64,000 bases of DNA from Alphaproteobacteria bacterium (GTDB lineage Bacteria; Pseudomonadota; Alphaproteobacteria; Bin95), in assembly GCA_964291285.2 (NCBI GenBank), contig OZ219787.1, positions 1,024,001-1,088,000 on the forward strand. The letters run 5' to 3'. Below the pieces are notes generated by a model. The model did not search any database and was not told the DNA's origin. It saw only the letters and a list, made by a program, of their open reading frames with translations. Position 1 is the stretch's first letter, and every line of letters begins with the position of its first letter. The position numbers and the translations under genes are program-made. This document shows positions 28,593 through 37,479 of the stretch, in pieces.

Positions 28593-29266
28593 AGGCGGAA
28601 ACGCTCGCCCGCCTGCGCGCCGCCCGCAGCGAGCGGCGCCCGGTCGCGCGCGTCGCGGCGCTCGACGGCAGCGTGGATGCGGTCGTGGAGGACGGCGAGG
28701 GACCGTTGCCGGAGCCGGTGCTGGAAGTCGCGCGCGCTGCGTTGAAGCAGAACCGCAGCCACGATTTCGAGCATGAGGGCGGGCGCTGGTTCGTGCAGGT
28801 GTTCAACCCGCCGCTCCGGCTGATCGTCGTCGGCGCGGTGCATATCTCGCAGCCGTTGATCGGGATGGCGTCCGGCCTCGGCTACGATGTCACGCTCGTC
28901 GATCCGAGGGGCGCGTTTGCGACGGAGGCGCGGTTTCCCGATGTCGAGATCTGCGACGAGTGGCCCGACGATGCGCTGGAGGCGCTCGGCGTGGACGGGC
29001 GCACGGCCGTTGTGACCTTGACCCACGATCCCAAGCTGGACGATCCCGCCCTGCATGTCGCGCTCCGCTCGGAGGCGTTCTATGTCGGCGCGCTCGGCAG
29101 CCGCAGGACGCATGCGCAGCGGGTCGAGCGGCTGGTCGAGGCCGGGTTCGACGAGGCCGCCATCGGCCGCATCCGCGCGCCCATCGGCCTCGATCTGGGC
29201 GGACGGGCGCCGGCCGAGATCGCGCTCGCCATCGCGGCGCAGATGACGGAGGCGCTTTACCGATGA
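28589..29266 (+). CDS. XdhC family protein, C-terminal Rossmann module
   Basis: LIVVGAVHI, LTHDPKLDD, YVGALGSRRT and APIGLDLG motifs. Confidence 0.9.
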   Translation: MKAETLARLRAARSERRPVARVAALDGSVDAVVEDGEGPLPEPVLEVARAALKQNRSHDFEHEGGRWFVQVFNPPLRLIVVGAVHISQPLIGMASGLGYDVTLVDPRGAFATEARFPDVEICDEWPDDALEALGVDGRTAVVTLTHDPKLDDPALHVALRSEAFYVGALGSRRTHAQRVERLVEAGFDEAAIGRIRAPIGLDLGGRAPAEIALAIAAQMTEALYR

Positions 29267-30858
29267 AGTTCGGGCCGGTCCCGCTCGAGGACGCCGAAGG
29301 CGCGCTGCTGGCGCATTCGATCCGGCTGGAGCGGGCGGTGTTCCGCAAGGGCCGGCTGCTGTCGGCGGCCGACCTTGCCGCGCTGGCGGAAGCGGGCGTT
29401 GAAGAGGTGACGGCGGCCCGGTTCGAGCCGGGCGACATGGGCGAGGACGGCGCGGCCGCGGCGGTCGCGGCGGCGGTGGCCGGCGAGGGGCTGGAGGTCG
29501 CGGCGCCGTTCACCGGGCGCGTCAACCTGTTCGCTTCCGAGCGCGGCGTGCTGACCGTCGAGGCGGGGCTTGTGGACCGGCTGAACCTGCTCGACGAGAG
29601 CATCACGCTCGCGACCTTGCCGCCCTACAGCCTTGTCGAGCGCCGGCAGATGGTGGCGACGGTGAAGGTCATCCCCTTCGCCGCGCCGGAAGAAGCGGTC
29701 CGGCGGATCGAAGGCCCGCTGCTGGCGCTGCACCCGCTCAGGCCCAGGCGGGTGGCGCTGATCCAGACCGAGCTGCCCAGCGTCAAGGCGAGCGTGCTCG
29801 ACAAGACGGTCGAGATCACCCGCGCGAGGGTCGAGGCGCTGAACGGCGCGCTGATCGGTGAGAGCCGCGCCGCGCATGAAGAAGCGGCGCTGGCGCGGGC
29901 GATAGGGGAGAGCCTGGGGCAGGGTCCGGACATCCTGCTGATCGCCGGCGCCTCGGCCATCGTGGACCGGCGTGACGTGCTGCCCGCGGCCATCGAGGCG
30001 GCCGGCGGCGCGGTCGAGCATTTCGGGATGCCGGTCGATCCCGGCAACCTGATCCTCCTCGGGCGGATCGGGGCGGCGCCCGTCATCGGCCTGCCGGGCT
30101 GCGCCCGCTCGCCCAAGGCGAACGGCTTCGACTGGGTGCTCCAGCGCCTCGCCGCCGGGCTGGAGGTCGGACGGCGCGAGATCATGTCGATGGGCGTCGG
30201 CGGGCTGCTGGTCGATATTCCGGGCCGGCCCCAGCCGCGCACCCGGAGCCGGCCCGCTGCGGAGCCCGCCCGCCTGCCGCGCATAGCTGCCGTGGTGCTG
30301 GCCGCCGGGCAGTCCCGGCGCATGGGCTCGGCGAACAAGCTGCTGGCGGAGGTGGACGGAGCCGCCATGCTCCAACGGGCGCTTGGAGCCGCGCGGGCCT
30401 CCCAGGCAGCCTCCGTGCTGGTGGTGACCGGGCACGAGCGCGAGCGTATCGAAGCGGCGGTCGATGCGCCGACGGTCCACAATCCCGACTTTGCGGAGGG
30501 CCTCTCCACGTCGCTCAGGACCGGCATCGCCGCCTTGCCCGAAGATGTCGACGGCGCCGTGGTCCTGCTGGGCGACATGCCCTTCGTTTCGGCCGCCCAT
30601 ATCGACCGGCTGATCGCGGCCTTCAACCCGCTGGAGGGCCGGTCGATCTGCGTGCCGACCTTCAACGGCAAGCGCGGCAATCCCGTGCTCTGGGGACGGG
30701 AGCTGTTCGCGGAGATAGGCGGCATTTCCGGCGATGTCGGGGCCAAGCACCTGATCGGGGCCAATGGCGACCTGCTGGTCGAGGTGCCGATGCCGGACGA
30801 GAGCGTGCTGCGCGATGTCGATACGCCCGACTCGCTCGCAGAGGCCCGGTCGGGTTAG
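29263..30858 (+). CDS. molybdopterin-binding domain / MocA-like cytidylyltransferase fusion
   Basis: GMPVDPGNL and PGCARSPK; C-terminal VLAAGQSRRMG.NKLL, LGDMP, GNPV, GDVGA. Confidence 0.9.
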   Translation: MKFGPVPLEDAEGALLAHSIRLERAVFRKGRLLSAADLAALAEAGVEEVTAARFEPGDMGEDGAAAAVAAAVAGEGLEVAAPFTGRVNLFASERGVLTVEAGLVDRLNLLDESITLATLPPYSLVERRQMVATVKVIPFAAPEEAVRRIEGPLLALHPLRPRRVALIQTELPSVKASVLDKTVEITRARVEALNGALIGESRAAHEEAALARAIGESLGQGPDILLIAGASAIVDRRDVLPAAIEAAGGAVEHFGMPVDPGNLILLGRIGAAPVIGLPGCARSPKANGFDWVLQRLAAGLEVGRREIMSMGVGGLLVDIPGRPQPRTRSRPAAEPARLPRIAAVVLAAGQSRRMGSANKLLAEVDGAAMLQRALGAARASQAASVLVVTGHERERIEAAVDAPTVHNPDFAEGLSTSLRTGIAALPEDVDGAVVLLGDMPFVSAAHIDRLIAAFNPLEGRSICVPTFNGKRGNPVLWGRELFAEIGGISGDVGAKHLIGANGDLLVEVPMPDESVLRDVDTPDSLAEARSG

Positions 30859-30890
30859 CGGGCATCGAGCCTGTTCGGCGGGATGCAGGC

Positions 30891-31141
30891 GTCCTTCGAT
30901 ACGCGCCCCCTTCGACTGGCTCAGGACAGGCTGCTGGCGCGGTCGCTACTCAGGATGAGGGAAGGAGGACCGCGGCCGCGCGCCCGGAGCCGGCCCGCGA
31001 GGGCGCCCCCCCTTCGACACGCTCAGGGCAGGCTTTCCCTCGTCCTGAGTAGCCGACCGGAGGGAGGCGTATCGAAGGACCGCTCCGCCAGCCGCCCGCC
31101 ATCCCTCGATACGCTGCTGCGCGGCTACTCAGGATGAGGGA
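30891..31141. repeat. composite REP/BIME-like repeat cluster
   Basis: Three units of tccttcgatacg...gctactcaggatgaggg (direct, inverted, direct) plus two cccttcgac..gctcagg.caggc units; arms 31036-31055 and 31122-31141 are inverted with one mismatch. Confidence 0.85.
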
Positions 31142-31208
31142 CAGAGGGTCGGGACGCCGGGCCGGACCGGGCCCGGCACAGTGATGCGGGGTCGCGGGCA
31201 GTTTTTCC

Positions 31209-31241
31209 TTGAAATAATCCCCAAATGTTCTATATTTGTAT
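31209..31241 (+). promoter_or_regulatory. sigma70-like promoter overlapped by a degenerate LexA-like box
   Basis: TTGAAA (31209-31214), 16-nt spacer, TATATT (31231-31236); GTTC-tatattt-GTAT at 31227-31241. Confidence 0.5.
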
Positions 31242-31384
31242 CGAAGACGGCTACACCGGAGCCCGTGAGGCCATGACCTGAACGACTGGCGGCGGCTTGC
31301 GCCGCGCTCGATGCAAAGCTGGAACGCCGGCGGCCGGAGGGGCCGGGTGGCGGCGGGCAGGCGTGCGCGCACGGCGCAGGCGGC

Positions 31385-31432
31385 TCGCAATCGGGTTCGG
31401 TGGAAACGGGCCGTCAGTCGCAATCGGGTTCG
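31385..31432. repeat. 15-bp direct repeat TCGCAATCGGGTTCG x2
   Basis: Exact copies at 31385-31399 and 31418-31432 (33-bp period). Confidence 0.85.
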
Positions 31433-31470
31433 TCAGGCGCGGGAGCGGAGATGGAAGGGGAGGAGACGGG

Positions 31471-31911
31471 ATGACGGATGGATCGACAGGCGCCCCGGCG
31501 GGCGATTTGCGGCTGCGGCAGCAGGGCCGGGCGGTGAGCGAGGACATGCGCCGCCATGCGGTGGCGGCGGTGCTGCATGAGGGCATGAGCAGACAGGCGG
31601 CAGCGCGGCGGTTCGGCGTGTCGGCGAGCAGCGTCGCGCTGTGGGTCCGGCGCTATCGGGAGCGCGACGACCTGCGGCCCGACAAGCCGGGCGGCAGCGC
31701 TTCGCGGATAGAGCCGGAGCGCGGGCGCATCCTCCGCATTCTGGCGGCACGGCCGAATCTGACCATGTACGAGTTGCGCGACGCGCTCGCTGCGGAAGGC
31801 GTGTCATTCCATCCGGCTACGGTGCAGCGCTTCCTGGAGCGCCACGGCCTGGACCTGAAAAGCCGCCGCGCCGCCCGCGCCCTCCATCGCAGCCGGCGAC
31901 GCGCCCGATAG
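31471..31911 (+). CDS. IS630-family transposase-related HTH protein, no DDE domain
   Basis: GAGGAG RBS; S.D.R...V......GMSRQAAARRFGVSASSVALWVRR and P.LT..EL...L...GV.....TVQRFL.RHGL motifs. Confidence 0.78.
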   Translation: MTDGSTGAPAGDLRLRQQGRAVSEDMRRHAVAAVLHEGMSRQAAARRFGVSASSVALWVRRYRERDDLRPDKPGGSASRIEPERGRILRILAARPNLTMYELRDALAAEGVSFHPATVQRFLERHGLDLKSRRAARALHRSRRRAR

Positions 31912-31928
31912 GCCCGGTCCCCCGCCCG

Positions 31929-33056
31929 CTACCTCCCGGGGGCATAGACGAAGCCGTCCATGAGGCGGCGCGCCGTGCGGTAAACGACCGCACGTTCGGC
32001 GCAGGGTTCGGCCCCGCCGCCGGAGACCTCGGCGGCGACGAGCGCAATGCCGGAGGGATGGCCGATGCGGATGTCGCCACCCCCGGATGCGCCGCCTGCC
32101 TCATGGACCAGCGTGCCCTCCATGCAGGCCGCGACTCCGAGGCAGAGCGCAGCCGTCAGCGGCACGGCGCGGTGGGGGCGTCCGACGGAAATCATCCGCG
32201 CCGCGAGGTCCATGTCCGCCGGCCCGAGGTGCTGGCCCGACAGCGTTTCGCAGGCGGCCGACGGCGCGACCATGCCGACCTTGGGGATGCTGCCCGGCAC
32301 CGGGTCGAGGCCGGCGGCTTCTCCGGCGGCGCGGCGCACGGCGTCGAGCACCGCCAGCGCACCGGCGTCGCCTTCGAGCATGGCGGGCGTCTCGACGCCG
32401 GTGAGGCCGATATCCGCTGCCCGGACGAAACAGCAGAGATTGGCGGCATCGACGATGGAGATGTCGATGGCGCCGAGGCCCGGAACGTCCAGCCGGTCCA
32501 CCGGCTTCCCCGTCGGCAGCAGGCTGCCGGTGCTGGCGCCGCCGGGCTCCAGGAAGTCGAGCCGCACCGGGGCGCCGGTGCCCGCCACGCCCGGCAGGGA
32601 GAAATCGCCGTTGACGGCCGCGCGCCCGTCCTCGACCGGGAAGCGGGCATGGATCATGCGGGCGGTGTTGGTGTTGTGGATGCGGACCACGGCCTCGCCG
32701 TCGCCGGCGGAAACCAGCCCCTCGTCCACCGCGAAGGGCCCCATGGCGGACGACATGTTCCCGCAATTGCCGGAGATGTCGGCCTCGGCCCGGTCCACGG
32801 CGATCTGGAAGAAGGTGTAGTCGATATCGGCGTCCGGCCGGGTCGGCGGGCCGATGACGCAGACCTTGGAGAGCGAGGAGATGCCCCCGCCCATGCCGTC
32901 CAGCTGGCGGCCGTTCGGGTCCGGGCTGCCCATGGCGGCGCAGAAGAGCGCCGGCCACGCCGCCCGGTCCCCCGGCAGGTCGCGCGCATGGAAGACGAGG
33001 GCGTTGGAGGTGCCGCCGCGCATGAAGGCGGCGGGCAGGCGTGTCTGTGCGGTCAT
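31929..33056 (-). CDS. prpF: PrpF family isomerase
   Basis: FMRGGTS, MGSPDPNGRQLDGMGGGISSLSK, GNCGNMSSA and RTARRLMDG motifs. Confidence 0.9.
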   Translation of the reverse strand: MTAQTRLPAAFMRGGTSNALVFHARDLPGDRAAWPALFCAAMGSPDPNGRQLDGMGGGISSLSKVCVIGPPTRPDADIDYTFFQIAVDRAEADISGNCGNMSSAMGPFAVDEGLVSAGDGEAVVRIHNTNTARMIHARFPVEDGRAAVNGDFSLPGVAGTGAPVRLDFLEPGGASTGSLLPTGKPVDRLDVPGLGAIDISIVDAANLCCFVRAADIGLTGVETPAMLEGDAGALAVLDAVRRAAGEAAGLDPVPGSIPKVGMVAPSAACETLSGQHLGPADMDLAARMISVGRPHRAVPLTAALCLGVAACMEGTLVHEAGGASGGGDIRIGHPSGIALVAAEVSGGGAEPCAERAVVYRTARRLMDGFVYAPGR

Positions 33057-33075
33057 GGGCGTCATTCTAGCGCAA

Positions 33076-33789
33076 TCAGGAGCGTCCGGCCTCCGCCTCG
33101 ATCTCCCGGCACGCCCGCTCGATCCGTTCCTCGAGGCAGGCCATGAAGGCGCGCCGGTCCATGCCGGGCCGGATCGGCTCCAGGAAATCGAGCCGGATGG
33201 TGCCCGGGCGCATCCGGAAGCCGCGCCGGCTCCAGTGGCGGCCGGAATTGAGCGCAACCGGCACGACAGCGGCCCCCGTCTCCCGGTAGAGCGCGGCGAT
33301 GCCCGGGTGGTAGGGGCGGCGCTCGCCCGGCGCGGTGCGGGTGCCCTCCGGGAACACCACGACCTGCGCGCCGTTCTCAAGCGCGGCTCCGGCTCCCTGC
33401 ACCATGCGGCGCAATGCGGAGGCGCCGCCCTGGCGGTCCACCGCGATCTGCCCGGCGCGGCGGAAATACCAGCCGACGCCGGGGACCCGAAGCAGTTCCT
33501 GCTTCACGACATAGACCGGGTCCGGCAACAGCGCGGCCAGCACGAAGGTCTCCCAGGCGGACTGGTGCTTGGCGGCGACGATGGTTCCGGGCGGCGGCAG
33601 GGACCCGCGAATCTCGTGCCGGATGCCGGCGAGCGCCCGCAGCAGGAAGATCGTCACGCGCCCCCATACCGCCCCCGCCCGGCGCGCCGCCCGGCGCGAG
33701 GCGAGGAGCGCCGGCGACAGCAGGAAGACGAGCAACGCGGTGGCGGTCACGAAACCTGCTGCGAAGAGCGCCGAGCGGATCACCGTCAT
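33076..33789 (-). CDS. plsC: 1-acyl-sn-glycerol-3-phosphate acyltransferase
   Basis: AKHQSAWET, VVFPEGTR and PVALNSG motifs. Confidence 0.88.
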   Translation of the reverse strand: MTVIRSALFAAGFVTATALLVFLLSPALLASRRAARRAGAVWGRVTIFLLRALAGIRHEIRGSLPPPGTIVAAKHQSAWETFVLAALLPDPVYVVKQELLRVPGVGWYFRRAGQIAVDRQGGASALRRMVQGAGAALENGAQVVVFPEGTRTAPGERRPYHPGIAALYRETGAAVVPVALNSGRHWSRRGFRMRPGTIRLDFLEPIRPGMDRRAFMACLEERIERACREIEAEAGRS

Positions 33790-34436
33790 CCGTCACTCCT
33801 CAATGCGCCGTACCACTCGGCGAGGCGATCCAGGGTCACCGCCAGCAGATATTTGTGGTAGGCGCGCACCAGCACCTCCCGCGTTCCCGGCCACTGCCAC
33901 CAACCGTCCAGCTTCAGCGTCTCCGGGACGACCGGATGGGCCAGCATCTCCACGCCCGGCGCGGCGCGGCGCAAGAGATGGAGGGCGCGCGGCAGGTGGT
34001 ATGCGGCCGTCACGATGCGCAGGCTTCGGGCACCTCGTTCCGCCGCCCAGATTGCGACCTCGGCGGCATTGCCGACGGTGTCCCGCGCCGTCCGACCGAG
34101 CTCGATGCAGCAGGCAAGCGCCCGGTCGCCGCTGTATTCCGCGAGTTCCAGAAGCCGCTCCGCCGTAACGCCCGCACCGACCCCGGAGACGAACAGCACC
34201 GGCGCCCGGCCCTCGCCCAGAAGACGCACACCTTCGCCTATGCGGTCTGCGCCGCCTGTCAGCACGACGACGGCGTCGGTCTTGCGGCCCGGCGCTTCAG
34301 GCCCTGTCGGCAGCACCGCCACGAAGCGCACGAGGCCGCCGGTCCAGAGCGCGGCGAGCAGCAGCGCGAGAATGACGAGCCGCTTCGTCAAGGCCGGTCC
34401 GGTTGCCCTGCTGCGCCGTCTATCGTCGGCCGGCAT
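33786..34436 (-). CDS. YdcF/DUF218 family protein
   Basis: TM segment, DAVVVLTGG.DR, ARDTVGNA and VTAAYHLPRA motifs. Confidence 0.88.
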   Translation of the reverse strand: MPADDRRRSRATGPALTKRLVILALLLAALWTGGLVRFVAVLPTGPEAPGRKTDAVVVLTGGADRIGEGVRLLGEGRAPVLFVSGVGAGVTAERLLELAEYSGDRALACCIELGRTARDTVGNAAEVAIWAAERGARSLRIVTAAYHLPRALHLLRRAAPGVEMLAHPVVPETLKLDGWWQWPGTREVLVRAYHKYLLAVTLDRLAEWYGALRSDG

Positions 34437-34527
34437 ATGCCAGTCGGCACGATTCGGTTACCTTGAGTCGAGTCGCCGGGCAGCCTATACAAATTTACCC
34501 GCTCGCAGGGGATTCAGAGGCACCTGC

Positions 34528-34929
34528 ATGATCCTCGCTTGCCCAAACTGTATGGCACGATATCGCGTCGAGGTCGAGGCGCTGGGTGCGTTGGGACGGC
34601 GGGTCAGGTGCAGCAAATGCGGCCATGTCTGGCACGCGGAGCCGCCGGGAACCATCGTCGAAATCCTCCAGGCCGAGCCCGAACCCGGCCTTCGGGCCGC
34701 CGGGCCGTCGAGGCCCCAGCTTCCGGTCCCGGCGGGACAGGCGCCGCGACCCCGCTCGCCGTCCGCCTGGACCTGGATCCTCAGCCTGATGGTGCTGGCC
34801 GTCTGCGTCGTCGGATACGAGGCGAGGAAGCCCATCGTCAAGGAATGGCCCTGGCTCGCGCCCGTCTATGAGGCGCTCGGCATCGAGCTGGAGGAAGGGC
34901 TGGAAGCGAAGCCCGCCCGCCCGGAATAG
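34528..34929 (+). CDS. MJ0042-type zinc-ribbon membrane protein (short form)
   Basis: MILACPNCMARY...GRRVRCSKCGHVW, Pro-rich linker, one TM helix. Confidence 0.85.
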   Translation: MILACPNCMARYRVEVEALGALGRRVRCSKCGHVWHAEPPGTIVEILQAEPEPGLRAAGPSRPQLPVPAGQAPRPRSPSAWTWILSLMVLAVCVVGYEARKPIVKEWPWLAPVYEALGIELEEGLEAKPARPE

Positions 34930-34936
34930 GCGCGCC

Positions 34937-35593
34937 TTGAGATACGCCATCTACTACACACCGGCGCCGGAAAGCGCGCTGGCGCGCTTCGGCGAGAGCT
35001 GGTTCGCCCGGAAGGCGCCCTGTCTCGACGCGCCGCGCCGCTATGGGTTCCATGGCACGCTCAAGGCGCCGTTCCGGCTGGCGAAAGGAGTGGGCGAAGC
35101 CGAATTGCTGCTTGCGGCGGAGCGCTTCGCGGGCGAGCGCTGCGCTTTCCGGGGACCGCCGCTTTGTCTCGCGGTTCTGTCGGGCTTCCTCGCGCTCATG
35201 CCGTCAGGACCGTTCGGGGAGCTTGACCGCCTCGCCGCGGACTGCGTCGCAGCCTTCGACCGGTTCCGGGCGCCGCCGGGCGACGCCGAACTCGCGCGCA
35301 GGCGCCGGGCGGGCCTCAGCGCCCGCCAGGAGGCGCTGCTGCTGCGTTGGGGCTACCCCTATGTCATGGAGGCGTTCCGCTTCCACATGACACTGACCGA
35401 ACGTCTGGACGAAGCAGGGCTGGCAAGCGAGCGCGCCCTGGCCGGGGCGATGCTGGGAGAGGCGCCGGTCCCGCTCGCTGTCGATGCGGTGACAATCATG
35501 GTCGAGCCCTCGGAAGGGGACGCTTTCAGGGTTCTTCGCCGCTTCGAACTCGCATCGCCCGCCGGCCTGCGCCAGACAGCGGACAGCGTCTGA
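34937..35593 (+). CDS. DUF1045 family protein (2H phosphoesterase-like)
   Basis: TTG start; RYAIYYTP, PRRYGFHGTLKAPF and WGYPYVM..FRFHMTLT motifs. Confidence 0.85.
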   Translation: MRYAIYYTPAPESALARFGESWFARKAPCLDAPRRYGFHGTLKAPFRLAKGVGEAELLLAAERFAGERCAFRGPPLCLAVLSGFLALMPSGPFGELDRLAADCVAAFDRFRAPPGDAELARRRRAGLSARQEALLLRWGYPYVMEAFRFHMTLTERLDEAGLASERALAGAMLGEAPVPLAVDAVTIMVEPSEGDAFRVLRRFELASPAGLRQTADSV

Positions 35594-35659
35594 AACCCGC
35601 GCTGGAATTTGCCCTTCCGCGGGTGATACAAGTTGCCGCACATGCTACAGGAGGCGCCA

Positions 35660-36172
35660 ATGAAGACTGCGAATCTCATCGGCCTGCTGGCGGCCGCCGC
35701 GCTGGCCGCCACCACCTTCCAGACCGCCGGCGCGGCGGATCAGGCGCGGGCCGCCATGGCTAACGCGCAGGGTGAGTCCGTCGGCGAGGTCACGCTCGTC
35801 CAGACTCCCAACGGCACGCTGCTGCACGCCAGGCTTACGGGCCTGCCGGCGGGCGCGCATGCCTTCCATGTCCATACGGTCGGCAAGTGCGAACCGCCCT
35901 TCAAGTCCTCGGGCGGGCATTTCAATCCGGGTGGCCATAAACACGGCCTCTTTGCCGAAGGCGGCATGCATGCCGGGGACATGCCGAACATTCATGTGCC
36001 GGATTCGGGCGCGCTGGAAATCGAGGTGCTCAACGCCAACCTGATGCTGGATGCGAGCCTCTTCGACGATGACGGCGCGGCCATCGTGATCCATGACGGT
36101 CCTGACGACTACAGGACCGACCCTGCCGGTGCCGCCGGTCCGCGCAACGCCTGCGGCGTGATCGAGAAATAG
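35660..36172 (+). CDS. sodC: Cu/Zn superoxide dismutase
   Basis: Signal peptide; HAFHVH, GGHFNP, HAGDMPN, IHDGPDDY and GPR.ACGVI motifs. Confidence 0.94.
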   Translation: MKTANLIGLLAAAALAATTFQTAGAADQARAAMANAQGESVGEVTLVQTPNGTLLHARLTGLPAGAHAFHVHTVGKCEPPFKSSGGHFNPGGHKHGLFAEGGMHAGDMPNIHVPDSGALEIEVLNANLMLDASLFDDDGAAIVIHDGPDDYRTDPAGAAGPRNACGVIEK

Positions 36173-36206
36173 CCGGGCGCACGCCGCCCGGCGCAGGAGA
36201 AAATGG

Positions 36207-36893
36207 ATGGCGGAAGGCGGGGGAGGGCCGAAGGACGCGCCCATCTGGGACCGGCCGACCCGGATTTTCCACTGGGTCCTCGTGGTGCTGGTCGTCGTCT
36301 GTTACCTGAGCGGGCGCAACGGGCGGTTCGACATCCACATCCCGGCCGGACAGGCGCTGCTCGTGCTCGTGGCGGCGCGGGTCATCTGGGGCTTCTTGGG
36401 AAGCAGTTCGTCCCGCTTTCTCGCCTTCATCCGCCCGGCGCGGGAGATCGCGGCCTATCTGCCGACCATGCTGCGGCGCGAGCCGGACGGGCGCGCCGGG
36501 CATAATCCTCTGGGCGGGCTGTCGGTCGTTGCGATGCTGCTCGTTCTTGTCGCGCAGGCGGGCCTCGGGCTTTTCGCGGTCGATGTGGACGGGCTCTATG
36601 ACGGCCCGCTGAGCTTCCTCGTCAGCTACGACGCTGCGAGGGAGGCGGCAGAACTGCACGCAATGGTGGTGGACGCCCTGCTCATCCTTGTCGGCCTTCA
36701 CCTCGCGGCTGTGCTGTTCCACCTTCTCTACAAGCGGGAGAACCTCACCAGGGCGATGCTGACCGGACGCGGACGGCTCGCGGAAGGGCAGACGCCTCCT
36801 CGGCTCGTCTCCGACCGGCGCGCGCTCATTGTGCTCGCGCTGGCCGCGGCGATGGTCCTCGGCGGAATCGAGATCGCGGCGCGCGTCTTCTAG
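36207..36893 (+). CDS. cytochrome b/b6 domain membrane protein
   Basis: IWDRPTRIFHW, GHNPLGG and ENLTRAMLTG motifs. Confidence 0.9.
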   Translation: MAEGGGGPKDAPIWDRPTRIFHWVLVVLVVVCYLSGRNGRFDIHIPAGQALLVLVAARVIWGFLGSSSSRFLAFIRPAREIAAYLPTMLRREPDGRAGHNPLGGLSVVAMLLVLVAQAGLGLFAVDVDGLYDGPLSFLVSYDAAREAAELHAMVVDALLILVGLHLAAVLFHLLYKRENLTRAMLTGRGRLAEGQTPPRLVSDRRALIVLALAAAMVLGGIEIAARVF

Positions 36894-36920
36894 GCGGTGA
36901 GCGCGCGCCGCGCGGCCGGG

Positions 36921-37406
36921 CTAGTTCCGCTTTTCACGGAAGACGCGGTGGCAGCCTCCGCAACCGTTCTTGCCGAGGTCGCCGAACGCGGCGCCCGCAG
37001 CGTCGGCATCCCCGGAGGCCAGGGCAGTCTTGAGCACCGCCGCCTTGTCTCCGAGCAGGGCCGCCGCTGCGGTGAAGTCATCCCACTTTTCCCAGACGAC
37101 GTCCTTCGTTTCGGACTTCGGGTCCGCGCCCATGCCGGTGTCGGGCGGAAAGACATCCGGAATCTTCGGCGCCGCCGCAGCGATGACTGCGGCCGCTGCG
37201 CCCGCGTCTTCGGCCGAGCCCCGGCCTTCCAGATAGCCCTTGAGCGTGCGCATTGCGCCGCCCATGCCTTTCATCAGCTTGCTGCGTTCTTCCATCACCT
37301 TGCCGTGCCCGTCGGCGACGGCGACCCGCTCCGGGCCGAACGCCGCAGACGCTACGACGAGGGCAAAGGCCCAAACGGCTACCCATTTCAATTTGCTGAT
37401 TCGCAT
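36921..37406 (-). CDS. cytochrome c' / c556 (class II)
   Basis: Signal peptide, ER..LMK, VWEKWDDF, C-terminal CGGCH heme motif. Confidence 0.9.
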   Translation of the reverse strand: MRISKLKWVAVWAFALVVASAAFGPERVAVADGHGKVMEERSKLMKGMGGAMRTLKGYLEGRGSAEDAGAAAAVIAAAAPKIPDVFPPDTGMGADPKSETKDVVWEKWDDFTAAAALLGDKAAVLKTALASGDADAAGAAFGDLGKNGCGGCHRVFREKRN

Positions 37407-37479
37407 GGCTCCTCCGCGCGCTAAGCCTGCACTGACTTATCGGAAAGCCAGCATAAGCCAAGGCGTCGCGAAGGGCGAG

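Noticed and set aside
31273-31305. ATG ACC TGA in frame with the HTH ORF, followed by a 6-bp hairpin (possible SECIS)
   Set aside because: The hairpin is very close to the UGA, such stems are common at this GC content, and the extension looks non-coding while ATG 31471 has its own RBS.
31385-31432. 15-bp repeats as a mini-CRISPR
   Set aside because: Only two copies, repeat and 18-bp spacer too short, no cas genes.
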